From Gammaproteobacteria bacterium (lineage in GTDB: Bacteria; Pseudomonadota; Gammaproteobacteria; CAJXQU01): a stretch of 64,000 nt of DNA. The DNA lies in assembly GCA_965238175.1 (NCBI GenBank), contig CBDEGZ010000003.1, forward strand, positions 2,080,001 through 2,144,000, given 5' to 3'. The translations under genes and the position numbers were made by a program. The notes beneath the pieces are model-generated. The model made no database searches, was not told the DNA's origin, and was given only the letters and a program-made list of their open reading frames with translations. Of this stretch, positions 1 to 10,474 are shown one piece after another (position 1 is the stretch's first letter; the number at the start of each line of letters is the position of its first letter).

Positions 1-128
1 ACGAGGTGGACGTGGTGTGGCAAAAAATATTTGCAGCTGAAACAGCACCTTCAACCGTTATCGAAAGATACACAATTGACACGATGGGCGAAGTTCAGGA
101 AACCCAAATTCAGGCGCTTTTTGAATGA
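1..128 (+). CDS. 3' end of a gene entering the window, possibly a GyrI-like effector-binding protein
   Basis: Open frame from position 3 (EVDVVWQKIFAAETAPSTVIERYTID...QALFE*) ends at TGA 126-128, overlapping the next ATG. Family assignment is tentative. Confidence 0.4.
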   Translation, partial: EVDVVWQKIFAAETAPSTVIERYTIDTMGEVQETQIQALFE

Positions 129-429
129 TTCAATCAATCGTCAAAATACTCAATACTTATAAATTACGGGCGATTATTTCGTTGGTGCTTATCTATATTT
201 CGACGCTGATGAACTGGTATTGGTTGTGGGGTGTGCTGCTACTGATCTGGGCGATCAGTGATTTGATCACTGAACAAACATAGCTTTCTGAACCTATCAG
301 TAGAGACAGCAACCCGATTTTTATTATGTCATTGTCATTACCTGGTTGGCGTTTGGTTTTTATCTGATCATATCACCCTTTAATTTACTTATTGGGGTAA
401 ACCTGAACCATGTCGTCTTTACTCAATAA
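125..429 (+). pseudogene. Disrupted small membrane protein gene
   Basis: ATG 125 gives hydrophobic MIQSIVK...WYWLWGVLLLIWAISDLITEQT, then in-frame TAG at 281. Hydrophobic coding (YYVIVITWLAFGFYLII) resumes after a frameshift in the T-run near 318-322. Confidence 0.55.
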
Positions 430-1561
430 ATATCAACATGTTGCCAGTGCAACACTGGAGGAAACAAAGTCTCTTCCTTTTGCTGTCTATCACGATAAGA
501 ATATATACAAACTCGAGATGGAGAAGCTATTTCACAATGAATGGGTTGTGATTTGCACAGAACGTGAACTGCCGGAGGTTGGTGATTATTATGCATTCGA
601 TTTAGCTGGAGAAGCTGTTGTGATCGTACGTGGCTCGGATGACATATTGCGTGCACTTTCCAATAACTGTCGGCATCGTGGAACGCAATTACTCGATGAT
701 GGTTTTGGGAAAATAGATAAGAAAATTGTATGTCCTTACCACGCATGGGTTTATGACGATCAAGGTGGATTTAAAGGAGCGCCATTTTCTGGGAGTATTG
801 TTGTTGAAAAATCACAACATTGTCTGCCACAGTTTCATCTCGGCATATGTTTGGGATTAGTGTTTGTTAATTTATCCGAAAGTCCCCAGTCGCTTTCGGA
901 GCGCATGCATAGCATTGAAGAATATGCCAGCGTATTTCAGCCAGAGCGATTTGATAATGCACTTCCTGATAATACTGAATACTGGAATGCTAACTGGAAA
1001 TTGGCCATGGAAAATGCGATGGAAAGTTATCATTTGTTTAAAGTACACAAGGGTACGTTAGAAACGATCACACCGACTAAGCAGTCATTTTACGTCGCAG
1101 GTTCAGCAGATTGGACCCTTACTAGCGGAAAGATGATCGATAACTCCAGTAAGATATCAAAGTGGTTGAGTGGAGATTACCCCGAAGTTTATAAACACTA
1201 TCTTCTGGTTTCTCTGCCACCTTCATTCGTTGGCATTATGAGTTACGATTCATTCAGTTGGTTAACGGTGATGCCATCAGATAGTGAGCATTGCACTATT
1301 AGAGCTGGAGCAATTGCACCTAAGTCGGCTGATGATAACAATCAGGAACAGGAATTCACAGCAGCATTTTTTGCTGAAGACAAATGGATTTGCGAACGCG
1401 TACAAAAAGGTATGCATTCTACCCGCGGACATGGCGGCAAGCTGGTTGAAATGGAACGAGTGGTTGCGGATTTTCACCAGTTCCTCGCTACACGGCTTTT
1501 TGACACTGAGAGCAATGAGTTTTACGAAAATCCTGAATCGACTATCTTTGATCAAAAATGA
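410..1561 (+). CDS. Rieske non-heme iron oxygenase alpha subunit (choline monooxygenase/CntA/GbcA-like)
   Basis: Rieske motifs CRHRG and CPYHAW; mononuclear Fe motif NWKLAMENAMESYHLFKVH; C-terminal EDKWICERVQKG. Confidence 0.9.
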   Translation: MSSLLNKYQHVASATLEETKSLPFAVYHDKNIYKLEMEKLFHNEWVVICTERELPEVGDYYAFDLAGEAVVIVRGSDDILRALSNNCRHRGTQLLDDGFGKIDKKIVCPYHAWVYDDQGGFKGAPFSGSIVVEKSQHCLPQFHLGICLGLVFVNLSESPQSLSERMHSIEEYASVFQPERFDNALPDNTEYWNANWKLAMENAMESYHLFKVHKGTLETITPTKQSFYVAGSADWTLTSGKMIDNSSKISKWLSGDYPEVYKHYLLVSLPPSFVGIMSYDSFSWLTVMPSDSEHCTIRAGAIAPKSADDNNQEQEFTAAFFAEDKWICERVQKGMHSTRGHGGKLVEMERVVADFHQFLATRLFDTESNEFYENPESTIFDQK

Positions 1562-1596
1562 GAACTGGAAATTCAGAGATAAAGTTTAACAAAAGA

Positions 1597-1824
1597 TCAA
1601 TAAACATCCTCCAAATCATGTAACTTCAGGAAGTGATTTTTTTCAATTTCAAAAGCCTGTATTTCAAACTCGTTAGATTCACCGTAATCTTTCGCTCGAC
1701 GGTAGAAATCATTCATGTCTCGGTATCGAAAAAGACGTTTTATGATCTCGTCTTGAGTGGTTGTTGACTTTGTATATTCAGCACTATTTTCCATAAAGAC
1801 AATACTAGATAAGAAATATGACAA
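1597..1824 (-). CDS. Hypothetical protein
   Basis: 75-aa ORF filling the gap downstream of czcA; no recognisable motif. Confidence 0.35.
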   Translation of the reverse strand: MSYFLSSIVFMENSAEYTKSTTTQDEIIKRLFRYRDMNDFYRRAKDYGESNEFEIQAFEIEKNHFLKLHDLEDVY

Positions 1825-1908
1825 GTGTTTTACATAAAAGTGATCGTTTTTTTAAGTACCACTATAAAATTTAGAACTACTGATCTTGAGTAACTAATAA
1901 TAGATCAT

Positions 1909-4900
1909 CTAATCATTCACTTTAATCTGGGGTTTTGTTGCAAACCATTTATAGAGAGCTGGGATGACTAATAAGGTCAAAATGGTGGAGGTAATCAACC
2001 CACCGACAACAACGGTTGCTAAAGGTCGTTGGACTTCGCTACCTGTTCCTGTGGATAATAATAATGGGATCATCGCTAATGCGGTGGTTATTGCTGTCAT
2101 GAGCACGGGTCTTAGTCTCAGGCACGCGCCATGAATTGACGCCGTATCAATATCAAGTCCCTTTTCTATGAGCTCATTGAAGTATGTGACTAAGACGATT
2201 CCGTTCATTAACGCGATACCGAAGAGCGAGATGAATCCTACGGATGCTGGCACAGAAAGGTTGAGTTTGCTTAACCACAAGGCCACTACGCCACCGACTA
2301 ATGCCAGCGGAATATTTAAAATAATCAGTGTCGCATTTTTAAGTGATCCAAAGCTGCTATATAACATGATGAAGATAAGTAACAAGGTGATTGGGATAAC
2401 GACTTTTAATCGTTTGTTCGCTTCTTGTTGTAGACGAAATTGACCTCCCCAAGTTACAAAGTAACCGGAAGGTAGATCAACTTTAGTTTCAATTTGTTGT
2501 TGTGCGTCTTCAACAAAAGTAACGATGTCTCGTCCAACAACATTGCTTTGTACGGTAATGAAGCGTTGATTATTTTGACGTGTGATCTGTCTTTGGCCGA
2601 CCAGTTCTTCAACAACGGCAACTTGTTCAAGAGGAACTTTTATACCGCTCGGAGTTTCGACCAATAATTGTTTTATATCTTTTTTTGTCGCTCTGGCATT
2701 AGTGGTATACCTTACAAAGATATCGAAGCGTCGTATACCTTCAAAAATTTGTCCTGCAGATACGCCTCCAACTGCTGCACTGATAACTTGTTGCACATCG
2801 TCAATATTCAGGCCATACCGAGCGATTGCTTTACGATCAGGTTTAATTCTAAGTTGTGGAACACCAGTAACCTGATCAACTTGAACATCAGCAGCACCTT
2901 CGACATCGTTTATTACCGCAGCTATTTGATTTGCTTTTTGTTTTAGAACATCTAAATTATCACCAAAAATTTTTATAGCGAGTTCTGCTTTCACTCCTTC
3001 TAGAAGTTCATCGACTGCCATGGCAATGGGTTGTGTTATATTTGCTTGAATACCTGGAATATTATTGATTTTTTCACGGATCTGCTCTTCAATAAACAAT
3101 TGATCTTTAGGTTTTCTCCATTCTGTATTGGCTTTGAGAATAACGTACATTTCTGCAGAGTTGATTGGATCCGCGTGTGCGCCGACTTCACCGCGACCGA
3201 TACGTGATATTGCTTTTGTGACCTCAGGAATTTCAAGTAATCGTTTTTCAACCAGCATTGTATTTCTTTTGCTTTCTTTTAATGAAATGGATGGTGCCAT
3301 GGTTAAGCGAACAACAATCGTGCCTTCGTTTAATTTTGGTGTGAATTCTGCACCGAGACGTGGGAAAATCAAAATACCCGTGATGATTAAAGCCAGTGCA
3401 AGCATTAAGGCGATTATTCTGTAACGTACAAATAAACTTACCAGTGGTTTATATAATTTAAGGATCAGTTTAACTATAAGAACTTGATGTTCAATATCAT
3501 TTTCAGCTTCTTTTTGTTTGGGTTTACGCATCACAAATGATGCGAGCACCGGCGCAATAAAAATTGCAAATAAAAGTGAGCCACTCATGGCAAGTGCGAT
3601 GGTATAGGCCAAGGGACGAAACGTTTTTCCTTCAACACCTTGCAAAGTAAATAACGGAAGAAAAACAATTACGATAATAATAATCGCAAAGATGATTGGT
3701 CGGCCAACTTCACGACATGCACGGCTAACTATATTAAACACAGGTTCGTTGGTATTTTTTTCGCGTAATAGTCGATCTACACTTTCAATCATTACAACAC
3801 CGCCATCGACCATCATACCAATTGCAATGGCTAAACCACCAAAGGACATTAGATTGGCTGAGATATCGAATAGGTGCATCCAGATAAAGGCGAAGAAGAC
3901 TGAAAATGGGATTGATACTGCTACGACAAAACTAGGACGAAACGCACCAAGGAAAACAAGCAAAATAATGATCACCAAAACAACACCTTGAGTCAGGGCA
4001 TTAGTGACTGTTTTAACGCAAGCTTCTACTAAACTCTTCTGTTCATAATATGGAACGATCTTAATACCTTCTGGCAGGATATTATTTATATCACTTATTC
4101 TTTTTTCAACATCAGCAATCACTGTTGAAGAATTTGAACCCAATAGTTTAATTACCATGCCAGAAACGACTTCTTCAATACCGTTATGTGTTTGCAGGCC
4201 GCGACGGATTGCACCGCCTGTTTTAATCTCAGAGACATCAGACAGAAAAACCGCACTGCCATCGACCGTTTTGATTACGATATTATTTAGGTCATCAATG
4301 CCTTTTGCGAGGCCTACGGAACGTACAATAAATTCTTCAGAATTTTTTTCTATAAATTGTGCACCTACATTTAGATTGTTGGCTTTAATTCGTTCAATCA
4401 CATCTTGTAAAGTGATCGCATAACGTAATAGTGCATTCGGTTTTATTTCGACATGAAATTGTTTTTCGAAGCCCCCAATACCTAAAATCTCTGTAACACC
4501 GGGCACTGTTTGCAGATTAAATTTTACCAACCAATCTTGAACAGTTCGCAGTTCTTCAAGGGAATAATTACCTGTCGTATCTTCTAGATAATAAAACAGG
4601 ACTAATCCCATACCTGTTGAGATGGGACCCATAACTGGCTCACCAAAGCCGTCGGGAATTTGTTCTCTCGCTTCCTGTAACCTCTCGTTAACGAGTTGTC
4701 GAGCAAAATAAATATCTACTCCGTCTTCAAAATAGACGTTGACGACCGACAATCCAAAATTGGATACGGAACGTACATTGTTGATACCGGGTAAACCGGC
4801 CATTGCAACTTCCACCGGATAGGTAACATACATTTCGATCTCTTCCGGAGCAAGTCCTTCCGTCTCAGTAAATACTTGCACCAGATTAGGTGAAACATCC

Positions 4901-5019
4901 GGAAAAGCATCTATCGGCAATTGTGTGTATGCGCGATAACCTGCAAGCATGATCAGAATTGCAGCTAAAAGCATTAACAGTCGATTGTGTAAGCTAAAAT
5001 CAATTAATTTATTAATCAC
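1909..5019 (-). CDS. czcA: CzcA/CusA family heavy-metal RND efflux permease
   Basis: 1036 aa; LPIDAFPDV, GLAPEEIE, GGLAIAIGMMVDG, RLRPVLMTA, GSEVQRPLATVVVGGL. Confidence 0.95.
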   Translation of the reverse strand: MINKLIDFSLHNRLLMLLAAILIMLAGYRAYTQLPIDAFPDVSPNLVQVFTETEGLAPEEIEMYVTYPVEVAMAGLPGINNVRSVSNFGLSVVNVYFEDGVDIYFARQLVNERLQEAREQIPDGFGEPVMGPISTGMGLVLFYYLEDTTGNYSLEELRTVQDWLVKFNLQTVPGVTEILGIGGFEKQFHVEIKPNALLRYAITLQDVIERIKANNLNVGAQFIEKNSEEFIVRSVGLAKGIDDLNNIVIKTVDGSAVFLSDVSEIKTGGAIRRGLQTHNGIEEVVSGMVIKLLGSNSSTVIADVEKRISDINNILPEGIKIVPYYEQKSLVEACVKTVTNALTQGVVLVIIILLVFLGAFRPSFVVAVSIPFSVFFAFIWMHLFDISANLMSFGGLAIAIGMMVDGGVVMIESVDRLLREKNTNEPVFNIVSRACREVGRPIIFAIIIIVIVFLPLFTLQGVEGKTFRPLAYTIALAMSGSLLFAIFIAPVLASFVMRKPKQKEAENDIEHQVLIVKLILKLYKPLVSLFVRYRIIALMLALALIITGILIFPRLGAEFTPKLNEGTIVVRLTMAPSISLKESKRNTMLVEKRLLEIPEVTKAISRIGRGEVGAHADPINSAEMYVILKANTEWRKPKDQLFIEEQIREKINNIPGIQANITQPIAMAVDELLEGVKAELAIKIFGDNLDVLKQKANQIAAVINDVEGAADVQVDQVTGVPQLRIKPDRKAIARYGLNIDDVQQVISAAVGGVSAGQIFEGIRRFDIFVRYTTNARATKKDIKQLLVETPSGIKVPLEQVAVVEELVGQRQITRQNNQRFITVQSNVVGRDIVTFVEDAQQQIETKVDLPSGYFVTWGGQFRLQQEANKRLKVVIPITLLLIFIMLYSSFGSLKNATLIILNIPLALVGGVVALWLSKLNLSVPASVGFISLFGIALMNGIVLVTYFNELIEKGLDIDTASIHGACLRLRPVLMTAITTALAMIPLLLSTGTGSEVQRPLATVVVGGLITSTILTLLVIPALYKWFATKPQIKVND

Positions 5020-5049
5020 TATTTAAGATCTCTATTATTAGTTTTTTGT

Positions 5050-6222
5050 TTAATGTGCATGGCCATCACCAAAAGAGGCTTTTTGCATTTGTGCTTTTAG
5101 AACGAAAGCATTTTTTGAAACATAAAGATCACCGGGAGTTAAACCCTCTAAAATTTGAATATTAGTTTGGTCACTCTTGCCTAATATTACGTGAGTTGCT
5201 TCAAAACCTTCTTCATTTTTAATAAAAACAACAGGCTTATCATCTACTGTTTCTATTGCAGATTTAGGAATGACAATATCGCTGTTAAGGTTTGATAGTG
5301 TGAGGAGAGTTGTGACAAATAAACCAGGTCGCCAGTTACCATCTTTGTTATCAATAACAACGCGGGCACTTGCACCACGAGTTTCTTCAGAAACTTGCGG
5401 ACTGATATAAACAATTTCACCTTCAACCTTGGAGGTACTGAAGTCGGACACAACTTGTACCTGTTGACCTATTTTTATTTTAGTGAGATCCTTTTGGAAA
5501 ATGTTCAGGATCAACCAGACATGTTCAAGATTGGCAATTACAAAAGGACGACTTTCTTCATTTAGTAACTCTCCTTGAACCACGTGTTTTTCTATAATGA
5601 CTCCGTCAGCGGGTGAGCGAATTTCATACAGTGTTAGATCACAATCATCCTTACAGTCATTAACATCTTCGTCAATGCCTATAGCTTTTAATTTTTGTGT
5701 GTTCAGGTTGTATTCAATGTAGGTATTGTCACGGGATTGCTGTGCCTCCAAAAATTCTCTTTCGGAAGTTAACCCTTCTTTTTGTAGTTTTTTTTCGCGG
5801 TTGAAAGTTTTCCTGGCTAATTCATAGCGACTTTTTGCAGCTTCCGTTTCGGCTTTTATTTCCGCTAATTCCCTACTCGAAATAGTTGCTAATAATTCTC
5901 CAGAAACAACACGATCTCCTAAGGTTTTGTAGACTTTTTTTGTGATTCCAGAAACACGAGGAACAATATGGATCAGACGATCAGGATCCAATGAGATTTC
6001 TCCTGACAAAGGAATTGTTTCTTTTATGTTGCCACTAGCCGCTGTATTAATTCTAAGATCAAATTCTTTAATTTCATTCTCAGAAAGTTCTATATGATCT
6101 TCTTCCTCTTCATGATTACCATCACTTGCTACGGCATTCAGGCAAATGACAAAACTGAACAGGCAAGCTAAAAAATAGACTTGTAGTTTATTTTTTGTAC
6201 AAACAATAAATAAAAGTTTCAT
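5050..6222 (-). CDS. czcB: CzcB/CusB periplasmic adaptor (membrane fusion protein)
   Basis: IRSPADGVIIEK, WRPGLFV, His-rich C-terminus; lies between the OMF and RND genes. Confidence 0.9.
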   Translation of the reverse strand: MKLLFIVCTKNKLQVYFLACLFSFVICLNAVASDGNHEEEEDHIELSENEIKEFDLRINTAASGNIKETIPLSGEISLDPDRLIHIVPRVSGITKKVYKTLGDRVVSGELLATISSRELAEIKAETEAAKSRYELARKTFNREKKLQKEGLTSEREFLEAQQSRDNTYIEYNLNTQKLKAIGIDEDVNDCKDDCDLTLYEIRSPADGVIIEKHVVQGELLNEESRPFVIANLEHVWLILNIFQKDLTKIKIGQQVQVVSDFSTSKVEGEIVYISPQVSEETRGASARVVIDNKDGNWRPGLFVTTLLTLSNLNSDIVIPKSAIETVDDKPVVFIKNEEGFEATHVILGKSDQTNIQILEGLTPGDLYVSKNAFVLKAQMQKASFGDGHAH

Positions 6223-7577
6223 TGGACTTCCTCTTTATTAATTTGATCATTTCCTTCACTCAGTGATGATCCAGTTAAACGTTCAATTGAGATCACAACT
6301 TGGTGATATTCTTTGATCGAAGCAATAAGCTGCTGTCGTGTTTCAAAATAGGTGCGCTGAGCATCTAACAAGCTCAATAGATCAAGTTTGCCTAGACGAT
6401 ATATTTTTGTTGCTGCATCAAACGCTTGTTTTGCACTTGGCAAAATTTCATCATTTAGTGTTGTGACTTCGTGATCAAAAATCTTTAATCTTTGATATGT
6501 AATAAGTAATGAAGAACGTAATTTTGTCTCGGTTACTTGTTGTTGTTTTGACGAGCGATTTAGATCGAGTTCAGATAGTTGAACTCCCGTTTGTCTTTTA
6601 TCAAATATATACAAAGGAATTGAGATACCAGCGATTGCAGCGATATCGTCTGTTTCGTTTAAACGACGAATACCGGCACTTACTATGATATCTGGGATCG
6701 TGTCTGCTTGCGCCAGATTAATGGCATTTTCGTGACGACTTAACTCAGTAGCCCAGCGTGCCATTTCAGGATTATTGTTAATTCTGTCTGCGATAGTTGC
6801 TAATTGTGGTAATGGAGATATGCTATAAAAATCCCCTTGTACTTTATTGAAGGTAACATCAGTACCACCCCAACCAGTCACCAAAATTTGTTTTGAAATG
6901 GCTAACTGTCGTTCAGCATTGATCTGATTTAATTTTGATTTTGAAAGCTCAACTCTAGCTTTGATCTCTTCCAATGGTGAAACCTTGCCGGCTTTAACGC
7001 GCTTCTTTACAGTTTGATATATTTCTTCAGCAAGTTTTTTAATTTCCTTTGTGACAGCCAGCTTTTCTTGATCTGCAAGTACATCCGCATAAGCTATTGC
7101 TATTTGAGATAAGAGATCGATACGTTTAACTTCGTAATCCCATCGTGCAAGATCACGATCTGTAGATGCAAGTTGAAGACGTTTCATTCGTTTATCACCT
7201 AATTCAACTAGCTGGCTTAAACTGATGGTAGTTTCTGCTGAGCTTAAACCACTAAGCTCCCCAGAGCCGGCAAAGTTTTCCAGCTCTATTCCTGCTTCAG
7301 GATTCGGAGATAACCCGGCTTTAATCTGATCAATCTCTCTGGCTCTGATTGTCCAGGCATAGGTCGCTAATTCAGGATTGTTTTTAAGTGTCAGGACAAC
7401 TGCTTGTCTGAGTGAAAGGTCGCCTGTTGGTTGGATCAACGGTTGATCAAATTCTTCAGGTGCAATTTCTGGTGGCAATAATAATTCATTATTAACGGCT
7501 GTAACTGCTGTATGCATGAGACATGCAACAGCAAATATTAGTGTTTTTTTAAACATATTTTTTTCTCTATCAACCAA
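6219..7577 (-). CDS. czcC: CzcC/TolC family outer membrane factor
   Basis: LSLRQAV..TLKNNPEL, SQLVELGDKR, YRLGKLDLLSLLDAQR. The start may be ATG 7556. Confidence 0.9.
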   Translation of the reverse strand: MVDREKNMFKKTLIFAVACLMHTAVTAVNNELLLPPEIAPEEFDQPLIQPTGDLSLRQAVVLTLKNNPELATYAWTIRAREIDQIKAGLSPNPEAGIELENFAGSGELSGLSSAETTISLSQLVELGDKRMKRLQLASTDRDLARWDYEVKRIDLLSQIAIAYADVLADQEKLAVTKEIKKLAEEIYQTVKKRVKAGKVSPLEEIKARVELSKSKLNQINAERQLAISKQILVTGWGGTDVTFNKVQGDFYSISPLPQLATIADRINNNPEMARWATELSRHENAINLAQADTIPDIIVSAGIRRLNETDDIAAIAGISIPLYIFDKRQTGVQLSELDLNRSSKQQQVTETKLRSSLLITYQRLKIFDHEVTTLNDEILPSAKQAFDAATKIYRLGKLDLLSLLDAQRTYFETRQQLIASIKEYHQVVISIERLTGSSLSEGNDQINKEEVQ

Positions 7578-7650
7578 ATATATTCTTTCTTGTAAGCCTA
7601 AGTACAGAAAGGTTCGTCATAGTTTGAAAGCTACCTGTGGCAGCGAGAGA

Positions 7651-7965
7651 TTACGTGATAGGAGGGTGGTAAGGTGGTGGGTATTTATAGGAACTGTATA
7701 TTTTCATCCGAAAACTAAAAGTTCCTTTGATCTGTTTGCTCGTAATTGAAGGATTTTTTTGTAGTAGACCAACAGAATGTGAGGATAAATGACAGCAGTG
7801 ATCGCAAGCATTTGAGTCACTTTCATATTCAGTATCTATAGCATCTTTTTCAAATGAGTGATTATTTTGAGTTTCAGCTATTTCGTGCGCATAGGCGTGG
7901 ATAGGCAGGACAATTCCTGAGATGACCATTATTGCCAGTAATATTTTTGCCAATCGAATTCGCAT
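7651..7965 (-). CDS. CzcI-like periplasmic metal-binding protein
   Basis: Signal peptide, CDHCCH motif and C-terminal PPYHPPI; first gene of the czcCBA-like operon. Confidence 0.65.
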   Translation of the reverse strand: MRIRLAKILLAIMVISGIVLPIHAYAHEIAETQNNHSFEKDAIDTEYESDSNACDHCCHLSSHSVGLLQKNPSITSKQIKGTFSFRMKIYSSYKYPPPYHPPIT

Positions 7966-8055
7966 TCCCAGAATATGAACTAGTTACTTATAATTTTCAA
8001 ATCCACTAAGCATATTGGCCTTAAGTTTCCAACTAATAGATCAGGATAGTCTATA

Positions 8056-8126
8056 TTGTAATGGTCAAGAACTGCAGAAATAAAAAAAGTGGCTTAAATT
8101 CCTTCAAGATTACTTGACCATTACAA
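8056..8126. repeat. 14-bp perfect inverted repeat (MITE-like remnant or operator)
   Basis: TTGTAATGGTCAAG (8056-8069) and CTTGACCATTACAA (8113-8126), 43-bp spacer. Confidence 0.6.
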
Positions 8127-8516
8127 GCTGAAGAATGCGGGTAGGGGGAATGATACTTTCCGACAAGAGATGTTATTTGGTTAGAGTTTGTTCAAGTATG
8201 ATTTTGCCCTGCTAAATAGAATATTGATTCTTGTATTTCATCAAAATGAAATAATTATTATCTACATTGTTACCCTGGTTACTTTATTCGGAAAATTAGC
8301 ATGGGGATCAAATGTGCTATCGTTTAATCAGAGGAAAACCGACAAACACGAGTTGATAGTCGATGTCCAGTGAATAAAGTAGGTGCTTGAAACGAAAGTG
8401 ATGGCGGGGAACGATGTCCTGACAGCAACTCAATAATTGTCCAAACAAGGCTTCATACCGTGAATCTAAGGTTTATCTTCGTTGATACGGTATGCATTTT
8501 GCTTTAAGCCTTTTCT

Positions 8517-10352
8517 ATGAAAAACTTCCTAATAGTTCCCTTTTTGTTGTTTCTTTTTTCTTGGGCCGGGCTTGTTTTGTCAGAAACGGAGAATGTCATA
8601 GCTGAGGAGCAGGATCTGTTCAGCTATGATGAAGAGGAATCATCAATCAGGGAAGATCCTAAAGATGTGAGTGAAACAGTTTTGGATGAAGCGGCGACTG
8701 CTCATCTTGAATTGTTCGCTGAAGATCGTTACCCATCAGCAAATACCTGTAAGGTCTGTCATCAGGATCACTATCGCGAATGGTCTGTGTCCCAGCATGC
8801 CTATGCCCAACTTAGCCCGGTTTATATGGCGATGCAAAATACCATCAATGCCAAGACCAGTGGTACTAATGGTGATTTTTGTATTCGCTGTCATACCCAG
8901 GTGGGTATGAATCTTGGGGAATCGACTTATATCTCTAATCTTGAACGTCATCCGACTTCACGTGAGGGTATCACCTGTGTTGTCTGTCATCGGATTAAAA
9001 ATGAATACGGCAAGGTATCAGGCCGAATTGCACTGGTGGAAGGTGATTTATTGACACCGGTTCACGGCCCGATGGGTAACAAGGAGCTAAAACGCGTACT
9101 AGATAATAAGAACGAATATCGGGTGGTTACCAAGGCCGATGAGAAAGGCCGTAAAATTCATACTGATGTTGGCCATTTTCCACAGCTTTCAACCTCCGGA
9201 TTTTGTGCTACCTGCCATGATGTGAATTTATTTAATGGTTTTCGATTGGAAGAGGCATTCTCTGAGTATAAAAATTCACCGGCGGCCAAACGAGGTGTCA
9301 GTTGTCAGGATTGTCATATGGGCACTGAGCAAGGAGCAGAATCTGAATATGCACATGGCCCGGCAGCACGGGTTGGTGGTGTTCCAACCAAGTCACGTAA
9401 GTTGACAAATCATTACTTTGCTGGCCCTGATGCTTCGATCATTCATCCTGGAATATTTCCTCATAATTCTGACGCCGTTGCCATGGCGACGATGGAGGAG
9501 TGGTTACAGTTTGATTATGAATCTGGTTGGGGAACAGACGAGTTTGAAGAACAGATCACCGATGATCAAACTTTTCCTGAACGATGGAAATCAATAGATG
9601 ATCGTTACGATGCACGGGCAATCATCAATAAACAGTTTGAATTACTCGACTGGGCAGATCAGCAACGTATACAGGTGATGCAAAACGGTTATAAGCTGGA
9701 TGAGATTGAAATCCAGCAGGCGAATAAAAAAGGCTTGGCATTTCGCATTAAGGTCAGTAATGGCACTGATGGCCATAATGTACCGACAGGTTTTGATGCA
9801 GAGCGTCTGGTCTGGCTTGAAATTACGGTGACAGATCCTGAAGGTAATACAGTTTTTCGTTCGGGAGATCTTGATCCTAATGGAGATCTGCGTGATAGCC
9901 ATTCGCTTTATGTACATAATGATCAGTTGCCGCTGGATAAACAATTATTTACGCTGCAATCGCGTTTTGTAACACGCAATATCCGTGGTGGTGAAAGAGA
10001 GCAGGTATTGACGATTAATTCCTCCCCGGATCCATTACCTTTTATTCGACCCTTTACTCGTTCGATTATGTTAACTGGACAACCTGCCGGAGTGCGAAAA
10101 CACCGACAAACGATCCCGCCACTCAGTGGCCGGTGGGCTAATTATAAAATTCCTGCCAAGGCTATTACTAGCAGCGGTGAATATCATCTTCAGGTTCGTT
10201 TAAAAGCCGCTGCCGTACCAGTCAATCTGATCGATGCGATTAAACAAGTAGGCTTTGATTATGGCATGTCAGCCCGACAGGTTGCGGCAGGTATCGTTGA
10301 TCAACATATGATGATCTGGGAAAAAGAAATGACATTTAAGATGGAACAATAA
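8517..10352 (+). CDS. Exported pentaheme cytochrome c (c554/c552-like N-terminal domain)
   Basis: Signal peptide; five CxxCH motifs (CKVCH, CIRCH, CVVCH, CATCH, CQDCH); GHNVPTG in the C-terminal domain. Confidence 0.9.
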   Translation: MKNFLIVPFLLFLFSWAGLVLSETENVIAEEQDLFSYDEEESSIREDPKDVSETVLDEAATAHLELFAEDRYPSANTCKVCHQDHYREWSVSQHAYAQLSPVYMAMQNTINAKTSGTNGDFCIRCHTQVGMNLGESTYISNLERHPTSREGITCVVCHRIKNEYGKVSGRIALVEGDLLTPVHGPMGNKELKRVLDNKNEYRVVTKADEKGRKIHTDVGHFPQLSTSGFCATCHDVNLFNGFRLEEAFSEYKNSPAAKRGVSCQDCHMGTEQGAESEYAHGPAARVGGVPTKSRKLTNHYFAGPDASIIHPGIFPHNSDAVAMATMEEWLQFDYESGWGTDEFEEQITDDQTFPERWKSIDDRYDARAIINKQFELLDWADQQRIQVMQNGYKLDEIEIQQANKKGLAFRIKVSNGTDGHNVPTGFDAERLVWLEITVTDPEGNTVFRSGDLDPNGDLRDSHSLYVHNDQLPLDKQLFTLQSRFVTRNIRGGEREQVLTINSSPDPLPFIRPFTRSIMLTGQPAGVRKHRQTIPPLSGRWANYKIPAKAITSSGEYHLQVRLKAAAVPVNLIDAIKQVGFDYGMSARQVAAGIVDQHMMIWEKEMTFKMEQ

Positions 10353-10474
10353 TTGAATATGCACTCCATTAATATGTTGTTAATAGAAGAAATAGTAATG
10401 TAAGACAAATAGTTAAAATGACGTTATTTGTTATGACTTTTATATATCAATCATGTCACTTTTAAAGACAGGCA

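Noticed and set aside
281-283. In-frame TAG as pyrrolysine or recoding
   Set aside because: A frameshift follows about 40 bp later and other genes here end normally at TAG, so a pseudogene is simpler.
8188-8373. 61-aa ORF upstream of the cytochrome operon
   Set aside because: TTG start, no SD, AT-rich promoter-like DNA and no motif.
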